A stretch of 64,000 bases of DNA from Microcoleus sp. (GTDB lineage Bacteria > Cyanobacteriota > Cyanobacteriia > Cyanobacteriales > Microcoleaceae): NCBI GenBank assembly GCA_042408215.1, contig JAYFMW010000020.1:352001-416000 (forward strand). The letters run 5' to 3'. Both the position numbers and the translations under genes were made by a program. The notes under the pieces were generated by a model. The model was not told where the DNA came from. It worked only from the letters and a program-made list of their open reading frames with translations, and ran no database searches. Each line of letters begins with the position of its first letter. Position 1 is the first letter of the stretch. This document shows, piece after piece, positions 53,865 through 64,000 of the stretch.

Positions 53865-53933
53865 AGACTTCTCCAGAAAATCCAACTTGGAACAGGCTGG
53901 ATACCTGTTCCACAAGAATTATTGGATAAGTCT
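53865..53933. mobile_element. 69-bp AGAC...GTCT mini-MITE with ATT duplication
   Basis: att-AGACTTCTCC...GATAAGTCT-att. Confidence 0.7.
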
Positions 53934-53996
53934 ATTAATCAGATGTTGGGTTTGCTTCCTAAAGCCAACCTACGCTATCAATTCAGAGGAAAAAAA

Positions 53997-55151
53997 GTGG
54001 CGATACTCGACGGTTTATTTAATGGGATTAGCATCGGCGCTGTATTGCTAATTGCCGCCCTGGGATTAGCCATTATTTTCGGGCTGATGGGCGTGATTAA
54101 TATGGCTCACGGCGAGTTAATGATGCTGGGTGCTTATACAACTTTTGTCGTACAAAATGTCTTTAAAGGTATCGGAGGATTCGCTTTTGAAACCTATATT
54201 CTTTTTGCCATACCTTTAGCTTTTTTAGTTGCTGCACTGGTAGGATTAATTCTCGAACGCGGAGTAATTCGCTATCTTTACGGGCGGCCCCTAGAAACTT
54301 TGCTAGCAACTTGGGGTGTAAGTTTAATTTTACAGCAGTTTGTCCGCAGCGTGAGTTGGGCGCTGGTAGTTGGGATTGCGGTGTTTTGTTTACTGTTTTT
54401 TGGCGGTTTGCGGGTGCTGAAACGTCGCCCAGATTTCGAGCAAGTTCGCAAGGGAATTATCGCGATTATTTTGCCTCTCTCTGTTGCTATTTCTTGGGCG
54501 GCGATCGCATTTTTAGGGGCCACTTACCAGCTAGCAGTAACTAAACCTTGGTTTGGCGCTCAAAATGTCGATGTGACTGCGCCTGCATGGCTGCGGGGCG
54601 GCATACCGATCGGCAATTTTCAGTTACCTTATGCTCGACTTTTTATTATTGTATTAACGGCGCTTTGTTTGGCAGGAATTTACTTATTTTTGCAGAAGTC
54701 TGTGTGGGGACTTCGGATTCGTTCTGTGACGCAAAATCGCAGCATGAGCGCTTGTTTGGGCATTCCTACCGAACAAGTAGACGCGCTGACTTTTGCTTTG
54801 GGTTCTGGGTTGGCTGGTGTTGCTGGATGCGCGATTAGTTTGCTTGGTTCTGTCGGGCCAAATACCGGGCAGAATTATGTGGTGGATACTTTTATGGTTG
54901 TGGTTGTGGGCGGTGTTGGTAAGATTATGGGGAGTGTAGTTGCTGCGATCGCGATCGGCACTGCAAATTACCTGATCGGTTCAGGAACCTTAGCATTAAT
55001 GCTAACTCCTGTCAAGCCTTTAGCTGATTTCTTCACTTTTTTCGCCACAACCAGCATGGCAAAAGTAATGGTATTTGCCTTAATTATGGCTTTTTTACAA
55101 GTGCGGCCGGGAGGGATTTTCCCACAAAAAGGACGCACGGTAGAGAATTAA
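53997..55151 (+). CDS. urtB: Urea ABC transporter permease
   Basis: GVINMAHGE, RPLETLLATWG; GTG start after GAGG. Confidence 0.94.
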   Translation: MAILDGLFNGISIGAVLLIAALGLAIIFGLMGVINMAHGELMMLGAYTTFVVQNVFKGIGGFAFETYILFAIPLAFLVAALVGLILERGVIRYLYGRPLETLLATWGVSLILQQFVRSVSWALVVGIAVFCLLFFGGLRVLKRRPDFEQVRKGIIAIILPLSVAISWAAIAFLGATYQLAVTKPWFGAQNVDVTAPAWLRGGIPIGNFQLPYARLFIIVLTALCLAGIYLFLQKSVWGLRIRSVTQNRSMSACLGIPTEQVDALTFALGSGLAGVAGCAISLLGSVGPNTGQNYVVDTFMVVVVGGVGKIMGSVVAAIAIGTANYLIGSGTLALMLTPVKPLADFFTFFATTSMAKVMVFALIMAFLQVRPGGIFPQKGRTVEN

Positions 55152-55177
55152 ATTTTACTAATAAAAACACATAAACC

Positions 55178-56320
55178 ATGAAGAATTCAACTCGAAAGGC
55201 ATGGCTAAAAGAAGGGGCGATTGTGGGGGCGATCGCACTCATCTTCATATTACTCATCCCCGGAATACTTCCCGACGTTCGCCTCAACCAACTAGGGCGA
55301 TTTCTAGCCCTAGCAATTGCAGCACTCGGCATTGATTTAATCTGGGGATACACAGGTTTACTCAGTCTCGGACACGGCGTATTTTTTGCCCTTGGCGGCT
55401 ACGCATTTGCCATGCACCTAAAACTGCAAATCCCCCCAACCGCCAGCAGTCAATTGCCCGAATTTATGAACCTATATGGCGTTACCGAACTACCCTGGTT
55501 TTGGCAACCATTTTATTCATTTCCCTTCTCAGCGGCAGCAGTAATTCTCATCCCCGGCTTACTGGGCGCAATCTTGGGTTACTTAGTATTCCGCAATCGA
55601 ATTCGAGGCGTTTACTTTTCAATTCTCACCCAAGCAGCAACCATAGTATTTTTCAACTTTTTTAACGGTCAACAAAAACTGATTAACGGCACCAACGGTT
55701 TAACAGACTTTAAAACCCTGTTCGGAGCCACAGTAAATAACCGAGATACCCAATATATTTTCTACATTCTCACCATACTATTTCTAGCAGCAACTTACGC
55801 CCTTTGCCGATGGCTGACAAGCGGGCGTTTTGGTCGCTTGCTAATCGCAATTCGCGACGACGAAATCCGTCTCCGTTTCTCTGGTTACAATCCCACAGGA
55901 TTTAAAGTTTTAGTATTTGCAATTTCTGCGGGAATGGCGGGAATTGCAGGCGCTTTATATACTGTACAAACGGGAATAATTTCGCCAAAAGCAATGGATA
56001 TTGCCTTTTCAATCGAAATGGTAATTTGGGTAGCAGTAGGAGGCCGTGCTACATTATCGGGAGCAGTATTAGGAACACTTCTAGTCAACTTTGGCAAAAG
56101 TTTCTTGAGCGAACAATTCCCCGAAGTCTGGCTATTTTTCCAAGGCGCGCTATTCTTAATAGTAGTGACAGTGCTGCCCGACGGCTTAGTCGGATGGCTC
56201 CAACAACAAGGCTTTGACCAAATCCGCCGCTTATTCAGAAAACCCAGGTATGTATCTACCTACCCCAGCCTCGAACAAGACCCCGAACTGATCCACGAAA
56301 AAGAAGAACTTGAAAAATGA
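55178..56320 (+). CDS. urtC: Urea ABC transporter permease
   Basis: WGYTG.LSLGHG, GVYFSILTQA, VAVGGR. Confidence 0.94.
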   Translation: MKNSTRKAWLKEGAIVGAIALIFILLIPGILPDVRLNQLGRFLALAIAALGIDLIWGYTGLLSLGHGVFFALGGYAFAMHLKLQIPPTASSQLPEFMNLYGVTELPWFWQPFYSFPFSAAAVILIPGLLGAILGYLVFRNRIRGVYFSILTQAATIVFFNFFNGQQKLINGTNGLTDFKTLFGATVNNRDTQYIFYILTILFLAATYALCRWLTSGRFGRLLIAIRDDEIRLRFSGYNPTGFKVLVFAISAGMAGIAGALYTVQTGIISPKAMDIAFSIEMVIWVAVGGRATLSGAVLGTLLVNFGKSFLSEQFPEVWLFFQGALFLIVVTVLPDGLVGWLQQQGFDQIRRLFRKPRYVSTYPSLEQDPELIHEKEELEK

Positions 56321-56376
56321 TCGTCAAACAATCATGTTAAAATGTATGCAAATTTATGCAAATTTAGAGGCAAAAT

Positions 56377-57099
56377 ATGGCAGATATTATTGACTACAAA
56401 ATCTACGGCGACGACTTACAACTGATTGAAATTGAACTTGACCCCCAAGAAGGTGTCAGGGCGGAAGCCGGCACCATGACATATATGGAAGGTGGCATCG
56501 AAATGCAAACTTCCACAGGCGGCGGCTTATTTAAAGGCTTCAAACGGATGTTTACCGGGGCTGGTTTCTTCATCACGACATTTGTAAATGGCGGAAGAAG
56601 CAAAGCGCGAGTAGCTTTTGCAGCTCCCTATCCAGGTAAAGTAATTCCCCTCGATTTAGGCAAACTTGGCGGTGAATTTTTATGTCAGAAAGACTCATTT
56701 CTCTGTGCAGCTAATGGCATTGAAATTGAGGTTGCATTTACCAAACGACTCGGAGCCGGTTTCTTTGGTGGAGAAGGCTTTATTCTGCAAAAATTGCAGG
56801 GTGACGGGCTAGCTTTTGTCCACGCCGGCGGAACAATAGTTGAGAAAAATTTAGGAGTTGGTGAAGTGTTGCGAGTAGACACGGGCTGTTTGGTAGCTTT
56901 TGCTCCTACAGTGGACTACGACATTCAGTTTGTCGGCGGGTTTAAAAATGCTTTATTTGGAGGTGAAGGCTTGTTTTTGGCTAAGATGACTGGGCCTGGT
57001 AAAGTATACATTCAAAGTTTGCCACTCTCGAAGTTAGCTGAGCGGATTCTGGCTGTCGCTCCACCTCCAATTTCGAGCAGTTCTAGCAGTTTTAGTTGA
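56377..57099 (+). CDS. AIM24 / TIGR00266 family protein
   Basis: FAAPYPG, CQKDSFL, FGGEG repeats, VDTGC. Confidence 0.88.
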   Translation: MADIIDYKIYGDDLQLIEIELDPQEGVRAEAGTMTYMEGGIEMQTSTGGGLFKGFKRMFTGAGFFITTFVNGGRSKARVAFAAPYPGKVIPLDLGKLGGEFLCQKDSFLCAANGIEIEVAFTKRLGAGFFGGEGFILQKLQGDGLAFVHAGGTIVEKNLGVGEVLRVDTGCLVAFAPTVDYDIQFVGGFKNALFGGEGLFLAKMTGPGKVYIQSLPLSKLAERILAVAPPPISSSSSSFS

Positions 57100-57282
57100 G
57101 AGTAAAAGAACCATTTATGTGCTTGTGTAGGGTGCGTCAGCCAGCAGATTTTCCGGCTTACCCAGAGACGGTTAACTGACCCACCCTAGGAGGAAAATCA
57201 GCGATGTCAGGTGCGTCAGCCAAAAGATTTTCCTGCTTACCCGGAGACTGTTAACTGACGCACCATACGAGGAAAATCAGCG

Positions 57283-58029
57283 ATGAATGGAAAAGTATTA
57301 GAAATCGAAAATTTGACTGTGAGTTTTGATGGTTTTAAAGCCATCAATGGGCTGAATTTTAGCATGGATGCGGGCGAATTGCGGGTGATAATTGGCCCGA
57401 ATGGTGCGGGTAAAACGACGTTTCTCGATGCGATTACTGGGAAGGTGCAGCCGACTGAAGGTAGGGTGTTATTTAAGGGACGAGATTTGCGTACATTGTC
57501 GGAAGATAGGATTTCGCGTTTGGGAATTGGCCGCAAGTTTCAGACACCGCGAGTTTACCTAAATTTAACGCCGCGCGAAAATTTGGAGTTGTCTTGTAAC
57601 CGTGATAAAAATGTGTTTGCAACTCTGTTTAAGCCTTCTCCTGTCGCTGAAAAACGCACGGTTTCTGGTTTGTTAGAAACCATTGGTTTAGTTGCTAAGG
57701 CTGATGTGTCGGCTGGTTTGCTTTCTCACGGGGAAAAGCAGTGGTTGGAAATTGGAATGTTGGTGGCGCAATCTCCTGATTTGTTGTTGGTAGATGAGCC
57801 TGTGGCGGGTTTGACTGATGAGGAAACGGCGTTAACGGGAGATTTGTTAATTTCGCTTGCCGAAAGTCATTCGGTGTTGGTAATTGAACATGATATGGAG
57901 TTTGTGCGGCAAATTGCGCGGCAGGTGACGGTACTGCATCAGGGTGCGGTTTTGTGTGAAGGAACTATGGATGAGGTGCAAAATGACGATCGGGTAATTG
58001 AGGTATATTTGGGAAAACCAGAAAACTAA
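57283..58029 (+). CDS. urtD: Urea ABC transporter ATP-binding protein
   Basis: GPNGAGKT, LSHGEKQWLEIG, DEP. Confidence 0.95.
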   Translation: MNGKVLEIENLTVSFDGFKAINGLNFSMDAGELRVIIGPNGAGKTTFLDAITGKVQPTEGRVLFKGRDLRTLSEDRISRLGIGRKFQTPRVYLNLTPRENLELSCNRDKNVFATLFKPSPVAEKRTVSGLLETIGLVAKADVSAGLLSHGEKQWLEIGMLVAQSPDLLLVDEPVAGLTDEETALTGDLLISLAESHSVLVIEHDMEFVRQIARQVTVLHQGAVLCEGTMDEVQNDDRVIEVYLGKPEN

Positions 58030-58222
58030 GAAGTCATTAGTCAGTAGTCATTAGTTATTAGTCATTAGTTATTAGTCAGTAGTCATTAGTTATTAGTCAT
58101 TGGTTATTTGTTGGTTCCCATTACCAATGCCCAATGCCCGATGCCCGATGCCCGATGCCCGATGCCCCATTACCAATTACCAATTACCCATTACCCATTA
58201 CCCATTACCCATTACTAATCAT

Positions 58223-58921
58223 ATGTTGCAAGTCTCTAATTTGAATGTTTACTACGGCGAAAGTCACATTCTCCGCGATGTGGATTTAAGCGTAAATGCG
58301 GGACAAATGGTTTGCTTAATCGGCCGCAATGGTGTGGGCAAAACTACTATGTTGAAAACTCTAATGGGTTTGCTGCAACCCCGCAGTGGCACGATTAATT
58401 TTGGCGGACAGTCTATTGTTTCTAAGTTGACTCACCAGCGGGCGAAAATGGGAATTGGTTATGTTCCTCAAGGACGCGAAATTATTCCTCGTTTGACTGT
58501 AAAAGAGAATTTATTGTTGGGTTTGGAAGCGAAAGCAATTCCTACAAAAAATCCCGAAATTCCCGATGAAATATTTGATTTATTTCCGGTTCTGAAAACT
58601 ATGCTGGAGCGCCTAGGTGGCGATTTGAGCGGGGGACAGCAGCAGCAGTTGGCTATTGCTAGGGCTTTGATGGGAGAGCCGCAGTTGCTGGTTTTGGATG
58701 AGCCGACAGAAGGAATTCAACCCTCTATTATTTTAGATATTGAAGCTGCTGTGCGTCGTGTGGTTGCTACTAGGGGAATTTCTGTTTTGTTGGTGGAGCA
58801 GCATTTGCATTTTGTGCGGCAAGCTGATTGGTATTATGCTATGCAAAAAGGTGGCATTGTGGCTTCTGGAAGCACTGGCGAGTTAAGTGATGAGGTGATT
58901 CAGAGGTTTTTGGCTGTTTGA
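58223..58921 (+). CDS. urtE: Urea ABC transporter ATP-binding protein
   Basis: GRNGVGKT, LSGGQQQQ, DEPTEGIQP. Confidence 0.95.
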   Translation: MLQVSNLNVYYGESHILRDVDLSVNAGQMVCLIGRNGVGKTTMLKTLMGLLQPRSGTINFGGQSIVSKLTHQRAKMGIGYVPQGREIIPRLTVKENLLLGLEAKAIPTKNPEIPDEIFDLFPVLKTMLERLGGDLSGGQQQQLAIARALMGEPQLLVLDEPTEGIQPSIILDIEAAVRRVVATRGISVLLVEQHLHFVRQADWYYAMQKGGIVASGSTGELSDEVIQRFLAV

Positions 58922-59064
58922 TATTGAAGTCAGGCACTCTAAGAGATTTTGACACGGATACACGGATTAATTAACAATCAGGAAACGAGGCTAGCCTCTA
59001 GATATTTATTCCCAGGCTAGCCTGGGAACAAGGAAAGGGCAAGCGTTTAGATTTGAAAAATGGC

Positions 59065-59421
59065 TTATTCGTCTGGGTTCGCTTGGTATTCTGCGATCGC
59101 AGTTTGGATTTCCTCGGCGGAGACATTTGCTTGTTCTGATTTCGAGTAAATCAGGTGTAAAACAACTTGAGTCTGTGATTCAACTTGATAAATCAAGCGA
59201 TAACCGCCGCTCTTACCAACTTGGGCATCACTGTTTTTAGCCCGGACTTTGTAAACGGTGTATTGAGTCCCTGTAATTTGGTTTCCCATAAAGTTTCCTT
59301 GGATAATCTCATCTAGGACTGGCTGAATATCGGTTTGAATTTGGCGATACTTTTTAGCGAGTCCTTTGAGGCGGCGTTTGAATAGTGCTGTGAATTTGAG
59401 TTGGACTGGCAGATCAGACAT
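59065..59421 (-). CDS. RelE/ParE-family (HigB2-like) toxin
   Basis: YKVR..NSD...GKSGGYRLIY, IYSKS. Confidence 0.88.
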   Translation of the reverse strand: MSDLPVQLKFTALFKRRLKGLAKKYRQIQTDIQPVLDEIIQGNFMGNQITGTQYTVYKVRAKNSDAQVGKSGGYRLIYQVESQTQVVLHLIYSKSEQANVSAEEIQTAIAEYQANPDE

Positions 59422-59668
59422 TGATACCGTCCCAGAGTTCCGATATGGGAAAGGTTTGTCCCGCTTTCGCTTGGTGGAGGGAGGCTTTCAGATCGGCGAG
59501 GATTTGGTCGTTGGAGTCGGTATCTGAGTCAAAATCTGAGTCGAAGTCTGGGGCGATCGCGGATTGTGTCCGACTGGTCAAAAATTCCAGGAATGCCAGG
59601 GTTTGCTCTAAAAGCGGTTCAGGAGTCCGTTCGATCGCTTCGAGAAGGCGTTGTTTAATCGGCGACAT
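59414..59668 (-). CDS. Cognate antitoxin
   Basis: Small ORF overlapping the toxin start; G.T.PISELW tail. Confidence 0.75.
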   Translation of the reverse strand: MSPIKQRLLEAIERTPEPLLEQTLAFLEFLTSRTQSAIAPDFDSDFDSDTDSNDQILADLKASLHQAKAGQTFPISELWDGINV

Positions 59669-59715
59669 AAGACTACCTCTAAATTTAGCTCCTCCCATCT
59701 TATCAGTTATTATTA

Positions 59716-60315
59716 TTAATTTTTTCTGCCATCTGGCATTGTTGTACCGGCCATGCTTGCTCTATCAAAACTTGCGCCATCTATGTTAGCATTGCGGAGG
59801 TTGGCACCTGAAAGGTTTGCGTCTCTTAAGTCGGAAAATCGTAAGTCTGCACCGTCTAAATTGGTGTTGTTTAAGTTGACTTTTCTGAGGTTTGTATTGC
59901 TGATTCTTGCTTCTCTTAATACTGCTGAGCTTAAGTCGGTGCGTGCTAAATTGGTGTTGACAAAATCTGCTAGCTCGAAGGTGCTGCGGCTGAGGTTGGC
60001 GTCTGATAAATCGGCTCCTGTCAGGATGGGATTTTTGAGGCGGATGTTCACTAATTTTATGCCTCGGAGGTCGCAGCGTGGGCAGCTTTGGGTTTGGAGG
60101 AGGGTTTCGACGTTGGCGTTGATTTGGTCTATTTGTTGCTGTGAAAGCTTTTCGGCAAATTCGGGGGAGATGTAGCCGAGGTTTTTGGGGTCGGTTTTTT
60201 GGGGTTGGGGAGTTTTTGGTTGGGCGATCGCACTTAGGGAAAGTCCCACATGAGACAATTCTGGAGTTGCTGCAAAAATTAGCAGGGCGATCGACAATAT
60301 TGTGATTTTTATCAT
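59716..60315 (-). CDS. Pentapeptide repeat protein with signal peptide
   Basis: A(D/N)Lxx repeats, CPRCDL. Confidence 0.9.
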   Translation of the reverse strand: MIKITILSIALLIFAATPELSHVGLSLSAIAQPKTPQPQKTDPKNLGYISPEFAEKLSQQQIDQINANVETLLQTQSCPRCDLRGIKLVNIRLKNPILTGADLSDANLSRSTFELADFVNTNLARTDLSSAVLREARISNTNLRKVNLNNTNLDGADLRFSDLRDANLSGANLRNANIDGASFDRASMAGTTMPDGRKN

Positions 60316-60466
60316 ATAATCGTTGACAAAATACCATTTATATTCTATCGTTGACCGTTGGATCGGAATGATTTAACCGCAGAGAACACAGAGGACACAG
60401 AGGGAGAGAATAGAGATCTGAATAATTCCGATGCTACCGGATTTGATATTATATATTATAGCGCAC

Positions 60467-60943
60467 CTAAATTGAGCTAAATAGATCTAAGTTTAAATAA
60501 AATACTTCTGAACCGTCTGGTGAGCGAATTAACTTTTCTACTGCGTCAGGGAGTTGATTTTGGCGGTACAATTCTGGTATGTCGCCAAAAGTTTCTTCGG
60601 GAGTTTCTAATATTTTTGGCATATCAGGAACCGGAATTCCCAGCCGATAGCTCTGATTAAAAGTGCAAATAATTAGGTAGTTGTACTCAGCAATCCTCCG
60701 ACTGCTGGGAAATATTTTAGATAAATCAATGAGCGTAATCAGTTCTTCTTGGTACCTAACTAAACTTTGACCGCTATCTAAGAAAGCGTAGGGATTAAAG
60801 TCTTTGACAATGCGCTGTACTCGTTCAATAGGAACAGCATAGTAGATGTTCCCCAGTTCAAAGGCAACGAGTTTGCGAGCTGGGGTTCTGAAAGTGCCTT
60901 GTTTTTTGCTGCGAAAACGGCGATTGTAATTTGCGTGAGTCAT
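60467..60943 (-). CDS. CheW-like protein
   Basis: LVAF..G...YAVPI..V.RI, IDL, GIPV; follows cheA. Confidence 0.8.
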   Translation of the reverse strand: MTHANYNRRFRSKKQGTFRTPARKLVAFELGNIYYAVPIERVQRIVKDFNPYAFLDSGQSLVRYQEELITLIDLSKIFPSSRRIAEYNYLIICTFNQSYRLGIPVPDMPKILETPEETFGDIPELYRQNQLPDAVEKLIRSPDGSEVFYLNLDLFSSI

Positions 60944-61140
60944 GTCGATTTTGGATTTTGGATTTGGGATTTGGGATTTTAGATTGTAATGGGGAATGGG
61001 GAATGGGGAATGGGGCAGAAAAGCATTGGGCATTGGTAATGGGAACCAACAAATAACCAATAACTAATGACTACTGACTAATAACTAATGACTAATGACT
61101 ACTGACTAATGACTACTGACTAATGACTACTGACTACTGT

Positions 61141-63987
61141 TTAATGTTTGATTAGTTTGGGGATGGCTTCTAAAAGTTGGGTTTCGCTGTAAGGTTTGGT
61201 GAAATATTGATTGGCTCCTAATTCCATCGCCATTTGCCGGTGTTTTGCGCCGCTGCGGGAGGTCAGCATGGCTACGGGAATCTTAGCAAACCGCTGGGTC
61301 GATCGGATCGATCGCAACAAGTCAAATCCATCCATCCGCGGCATTTCAATATCCACAATTGCCAAACTGCAATCGAGACCGTTTTGCAACTTTTCGAGGG
61401 CATCCATGCCGTCTTTCGCCTGCACCACTCGGTAGCGAGCCCTAGTCAGCGTCAGAGACAGCAATTGACGAATAGTATAGGAATCGTCCACCACTAAAAT
61501 CAGGGGTGTCTGACTTGAACTCGTTGGTAAATGGGACGCTTTACCGGACACAGGGGCGATCGAACTATTTCCTAAAGGTTGACCCACCAAATCATCCACA
61601 TCCAAAATTGTCACGACTCGGCCGTCCCCCAAAATCGTACTCCCCAAAACCCCGCGAGGCTTAGACAGAGGTGGCGGCAAGGGTTTTACCACAATTTCCT
61701 GCTGGCCGATCAATCGTTCCACGGCCACCGCCAGCATTCCTTCGCTAGAAGCCAACACCAGCACCGGAATGTGGTCTTGGGTCAAAGGGTCAGGAGAGGG
61801 GGCATCCGGCCCCAAAACGCTGTAGTCGAGCAAATCTTGGAGTCGCACCAAACGAATAAATTCGTCCCGCCACCACAGCATCGGCTGATTGCCGGCGGTG
61901 TGCACATCCGAGGCTTTGATGTGGAGAATTTCCTCGACTGCATCCAGTGGCACTGCTATTTTATTGCGATCGGTCTTCACCATCAAGGCGTCGGTAATCG
62001 AAAGTAACAGCGGCAGTTTGAGGATAAAACTCGTACCCTTTCCTAGGCGAGAGTCCACCTTCACAGTTCCGCGCACCGTTCGCAAATTTGCCCGTACCAC
62101 GTCGAGACCGACTCCCCGCCCTGAAAGGTTGCTCACTTCCTCGACTGTGCTGAAACCAGGCAAAAATAGAAAATCGTAGAGTTCGGCAATGGAAAAGTCT
62201 TGGGCGTGTTCCTCGGTTGCTAAACCTTTTTTGACAACTTGGCGGCGAATGATTTCCGGGTCAATGCCTTTACCGTCATCGGCGACAGTGATAATGGTTT
62301 GGCCGCCTTGGTGGCGGGCTTCTATTTCTATTTGACCGCTTGGTGGCTTGCCGCTGGCTTGCCGAACTTCGGGCATTTCGATGCCGTGGTCGAAAGCGTT
62401 TCTGACTAGGTGTACTAAGGGGTCGCGCAAGGCGTCGAGCAAACTTTCGTCAATTTTGGTATCGCGTCCCAACAGCAGCAGGTTGATATCTTTATCGTAT
62501 GTGAGACACATATCCCTGAGCGCCCGCGGCAAGTGATCGACGGCGTGGCTGAAACTGACTACTCGCAACTGCATGACGCGGCTGCGGAGTTGTTCGGTGA
62601 TGCGGCGCAGTTGGTCGATGCTGCGCTCGAATCTGATGGCTAGGGCGTCTAATTTGGTGGCAGAGTGAGCAATTGCTTCGGCGGTGTCGATGACTTCTGA
62701 GGCTGTAGAGTGGAACTCTGTATAACGATCCATCTCTAAGATATCAAAGTGAGCATGGGCCTGAGAGGATTTGATGTGAGAAATAATTGGGAATTCTGTT
62801 TCTGGTTCTGAAGGTTTCCCGATTCCTGGGTTGCCATTTCCTACCATCCAGTCTCCAAAACTCAGTCTGTCATATTCTGATCGCAACTGGCCGCCGAATT
62901 GGTTCAAATCGACGATACTGCGACGGATGCGCTTGACTTCGCTGCGGAGTTCGGATTCTTGAAGTTCTAAGTTGGTGCGGTTGATGACTAATTCGCCGAC
63001 TAGATTGACTAATTCTGTTAAGCGTTCTAAGTCTACTCGGATGGTTTGTCGCTGTGGGTTGGGGACTGGGGATTGAGGAGATATGGGGGAGGGGGAATAG
63101 TTTTGAGTTTCTGGTAATGAGTTTTGAGTAGGGGGAGTGGGGGAAGTTTCTAAGTCTTCTAAGTCTTTCTCTGGCTGGCTTTCTGACGGGGCTGCGGGGG
63201 GGATTTGGGGGAGGGAGATCGCCTCTCCTGCTAATATTTGCCCTCGGGCATTTTGCAAGTTTTGGGCGATCGCCCAACCCTCGGATTGCAACCGTTCTAG
63301 TGTCAAGTCCTTTGAGTCGATCAAATCTCGGAGGGGTTGGGCAATTTTCCCAAAATCTGGCAATTGCAACATTCCAGCTAAGCCGGAGAGTTGGTAATAA
63401 ACCTGGTTGATTGCGGTGACGCTTTTTGCCAAATCTGTCTCAGAAGCTTGGGAAAGTTCGGTTTCGAGGCGATCGAACACTGGCGGCAATTCGTGTTCAA
63501 AAATCAATTTTAGGGTTTCTGGGGCCGGCGAGGAGCTGATGACCGGAACAGGCGGTGATTCGGGCCGGCCGTACTTCGCCTGGAACTGAGCTTGAATTTG
63601 GGCGATCGCCTCCAAGTTTTCCTGTTGATCGGGAGTGCTGACATCCGAGTGATGAATTGATTCGGTAGTAATCTTTTTGAGAGCATCCACCCCTTGCAGT
63701 AAAACAGTCACAGTTGCCGGTTCCAGGGCCGACAAGTCGGTGCGATCGCGCAAAATGACAAAACAGTCCTCCAGAGTGTGAGCTGCGGCAGACACGTTTG
63801 GAAAGCCCAACATCGAACCGGCACCTTTGATGGAGTGAGCCGCCCGAAACATTTCTTTAACCAAGGTCGATCGCTCTTTTAAGTCAGCAGATTCCATCCC
63901 CAACAAGTTTCTTTCCATTGATAGGAGAAACTCTTGGGTTTCTGCGGTGAAAGCATCTATTAATTGGTTTAAATCATCGCTATTCAT
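61141..63987 (-). CDS. cheA: CheA-like hybrid histidine kinase (Hpt, HATPase, CheW, receiver)
   Basis: RAAHSIKG, RNAFDHG, SGRGVGLDVV, CheW domain, DIEMPRMDG receiver. Confidence 0.93.
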   Translation of the reverse strand: MNSDDLNQLIDAFTAETQEFLLSMERNLLGMESADLKERSTLVKEMFRAAHSIKGAGSMLGFPNVSAAAHTLEDCFVILRDRTDLSALEPATVTVLLQGVDALKKITTESIHHSDVSTPDQQENLEAIAQIQAQFQAKYGRPESPPVPVISSSPAPETLKLIFEHELPPVFDRLETELSQASETDLAKSVTAINQVYYQLSGLAGMLQLPDFGKIAQPLRDLIDSKDLTLERLQSEGWAIAQNLQNARGQILAGEAISLPQIPPAAPSESQPEKDLEDLETSPTPPTQNSLPETQNYSPSPISPQSPVPNPQRQTIRVDLERLTELVNLVGELVINRTNLELQESELRSEVKRIRRSIVDLNQFGGQLRSEYDRLSFGDWMVGNGNPGIGKPSEPETEFPIISHIKSSQAHAHFDILEMDRYTEFHSTASEVIDTAEAIAHSATKLDALAIRFERSIDQLRRITEQLRSRVMQLRVVSFSHAVDHLPRALRDMCLTYDKDINLLLLGRDTKIDESLLDALRDPLVHLVRNAFDHGIEMPEVRQASGKPPSGQIEIEARHQGGQTIITVADDGKGIDPEIIRRQVVKKGLATEEHAQDFSIAELYDFLFLPGFSTVEEVSNLSGRGVGLDVVRANLRTVRGTVKVDSRLGKGTSFILKLPLLLSITDALMVKTDRNKIAVPLDAVEEILHIKASDVHTAGNQPMLWWRDEFIRLVRLQDLLDYSVLGPDAPSPDPLTQDHIPVLVLASSEGMLAVAVERLIGQQEIVVKPLPPPLSKPRGVLGSTILGDGRVVTILDVDDLVGQPLGNSSIAPVSGKASHLPTSSSQTPLILVVDDSYTIRQLLSLTLTRARYRVVQAKDGMDALEKLQNGLDCSLAIVDIEMPRMDGFDLLRSIRSTQRFAKIPVAMLTSRSGAKHRQMAMELGANQYFTKPYSETQLLEAIPKLIKH

Positions 63988-64000
63988 ATTAGTATGTTGA

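Overview
Chromosomal window from a filamentous cyanobacterium, most likely Oscillatoriales of the Microcoleus type. This is inferred from dense HIP1 GCGATCGC octamers, heptameric STRR arrays, nblB, Uma2 genes and an NtcA-controlled urt operon. The core backbone is proB, ndk, leuS, aat, rpsN, nth, rseP, tRNA-Ala(CGC), an ars cluster (arsR-pstS-acr3-arsH-arsC-arsS), urtABCDE and cheW/cheA. It is heavily decorated with GTAG-REP hairpins, several MITE families and nested repeats. The most striking feature is a ~2.6 kb composite element (37196-39824). It is bounded by two inverted MITEs with a 3-bp AAT duplication and splits a host gene. Its cargo is an integron-type attC toxin-antitoxin cassette, a CspA-like cold-shock gene and a stand-alone EF-Tu G-domain homolog that lacks switch I and the catalytic His. 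Other highlights: (1) a decayed TPR-CHAT protease with an internal small ORF and a downstream membrane protein, interrupted by a RAYT/REP block; (2) a transposase-less IS200/IS605 mini-element with a promoter pointing into a possible omega-RNA; (3) an AAA-ATPase/DUF4276 defence-like pair; (4) an orphan M.PvuII-like methylase; (5) several single-lesion pseudogenes. All family assignments come from motif recognition by eye, with no database searches.
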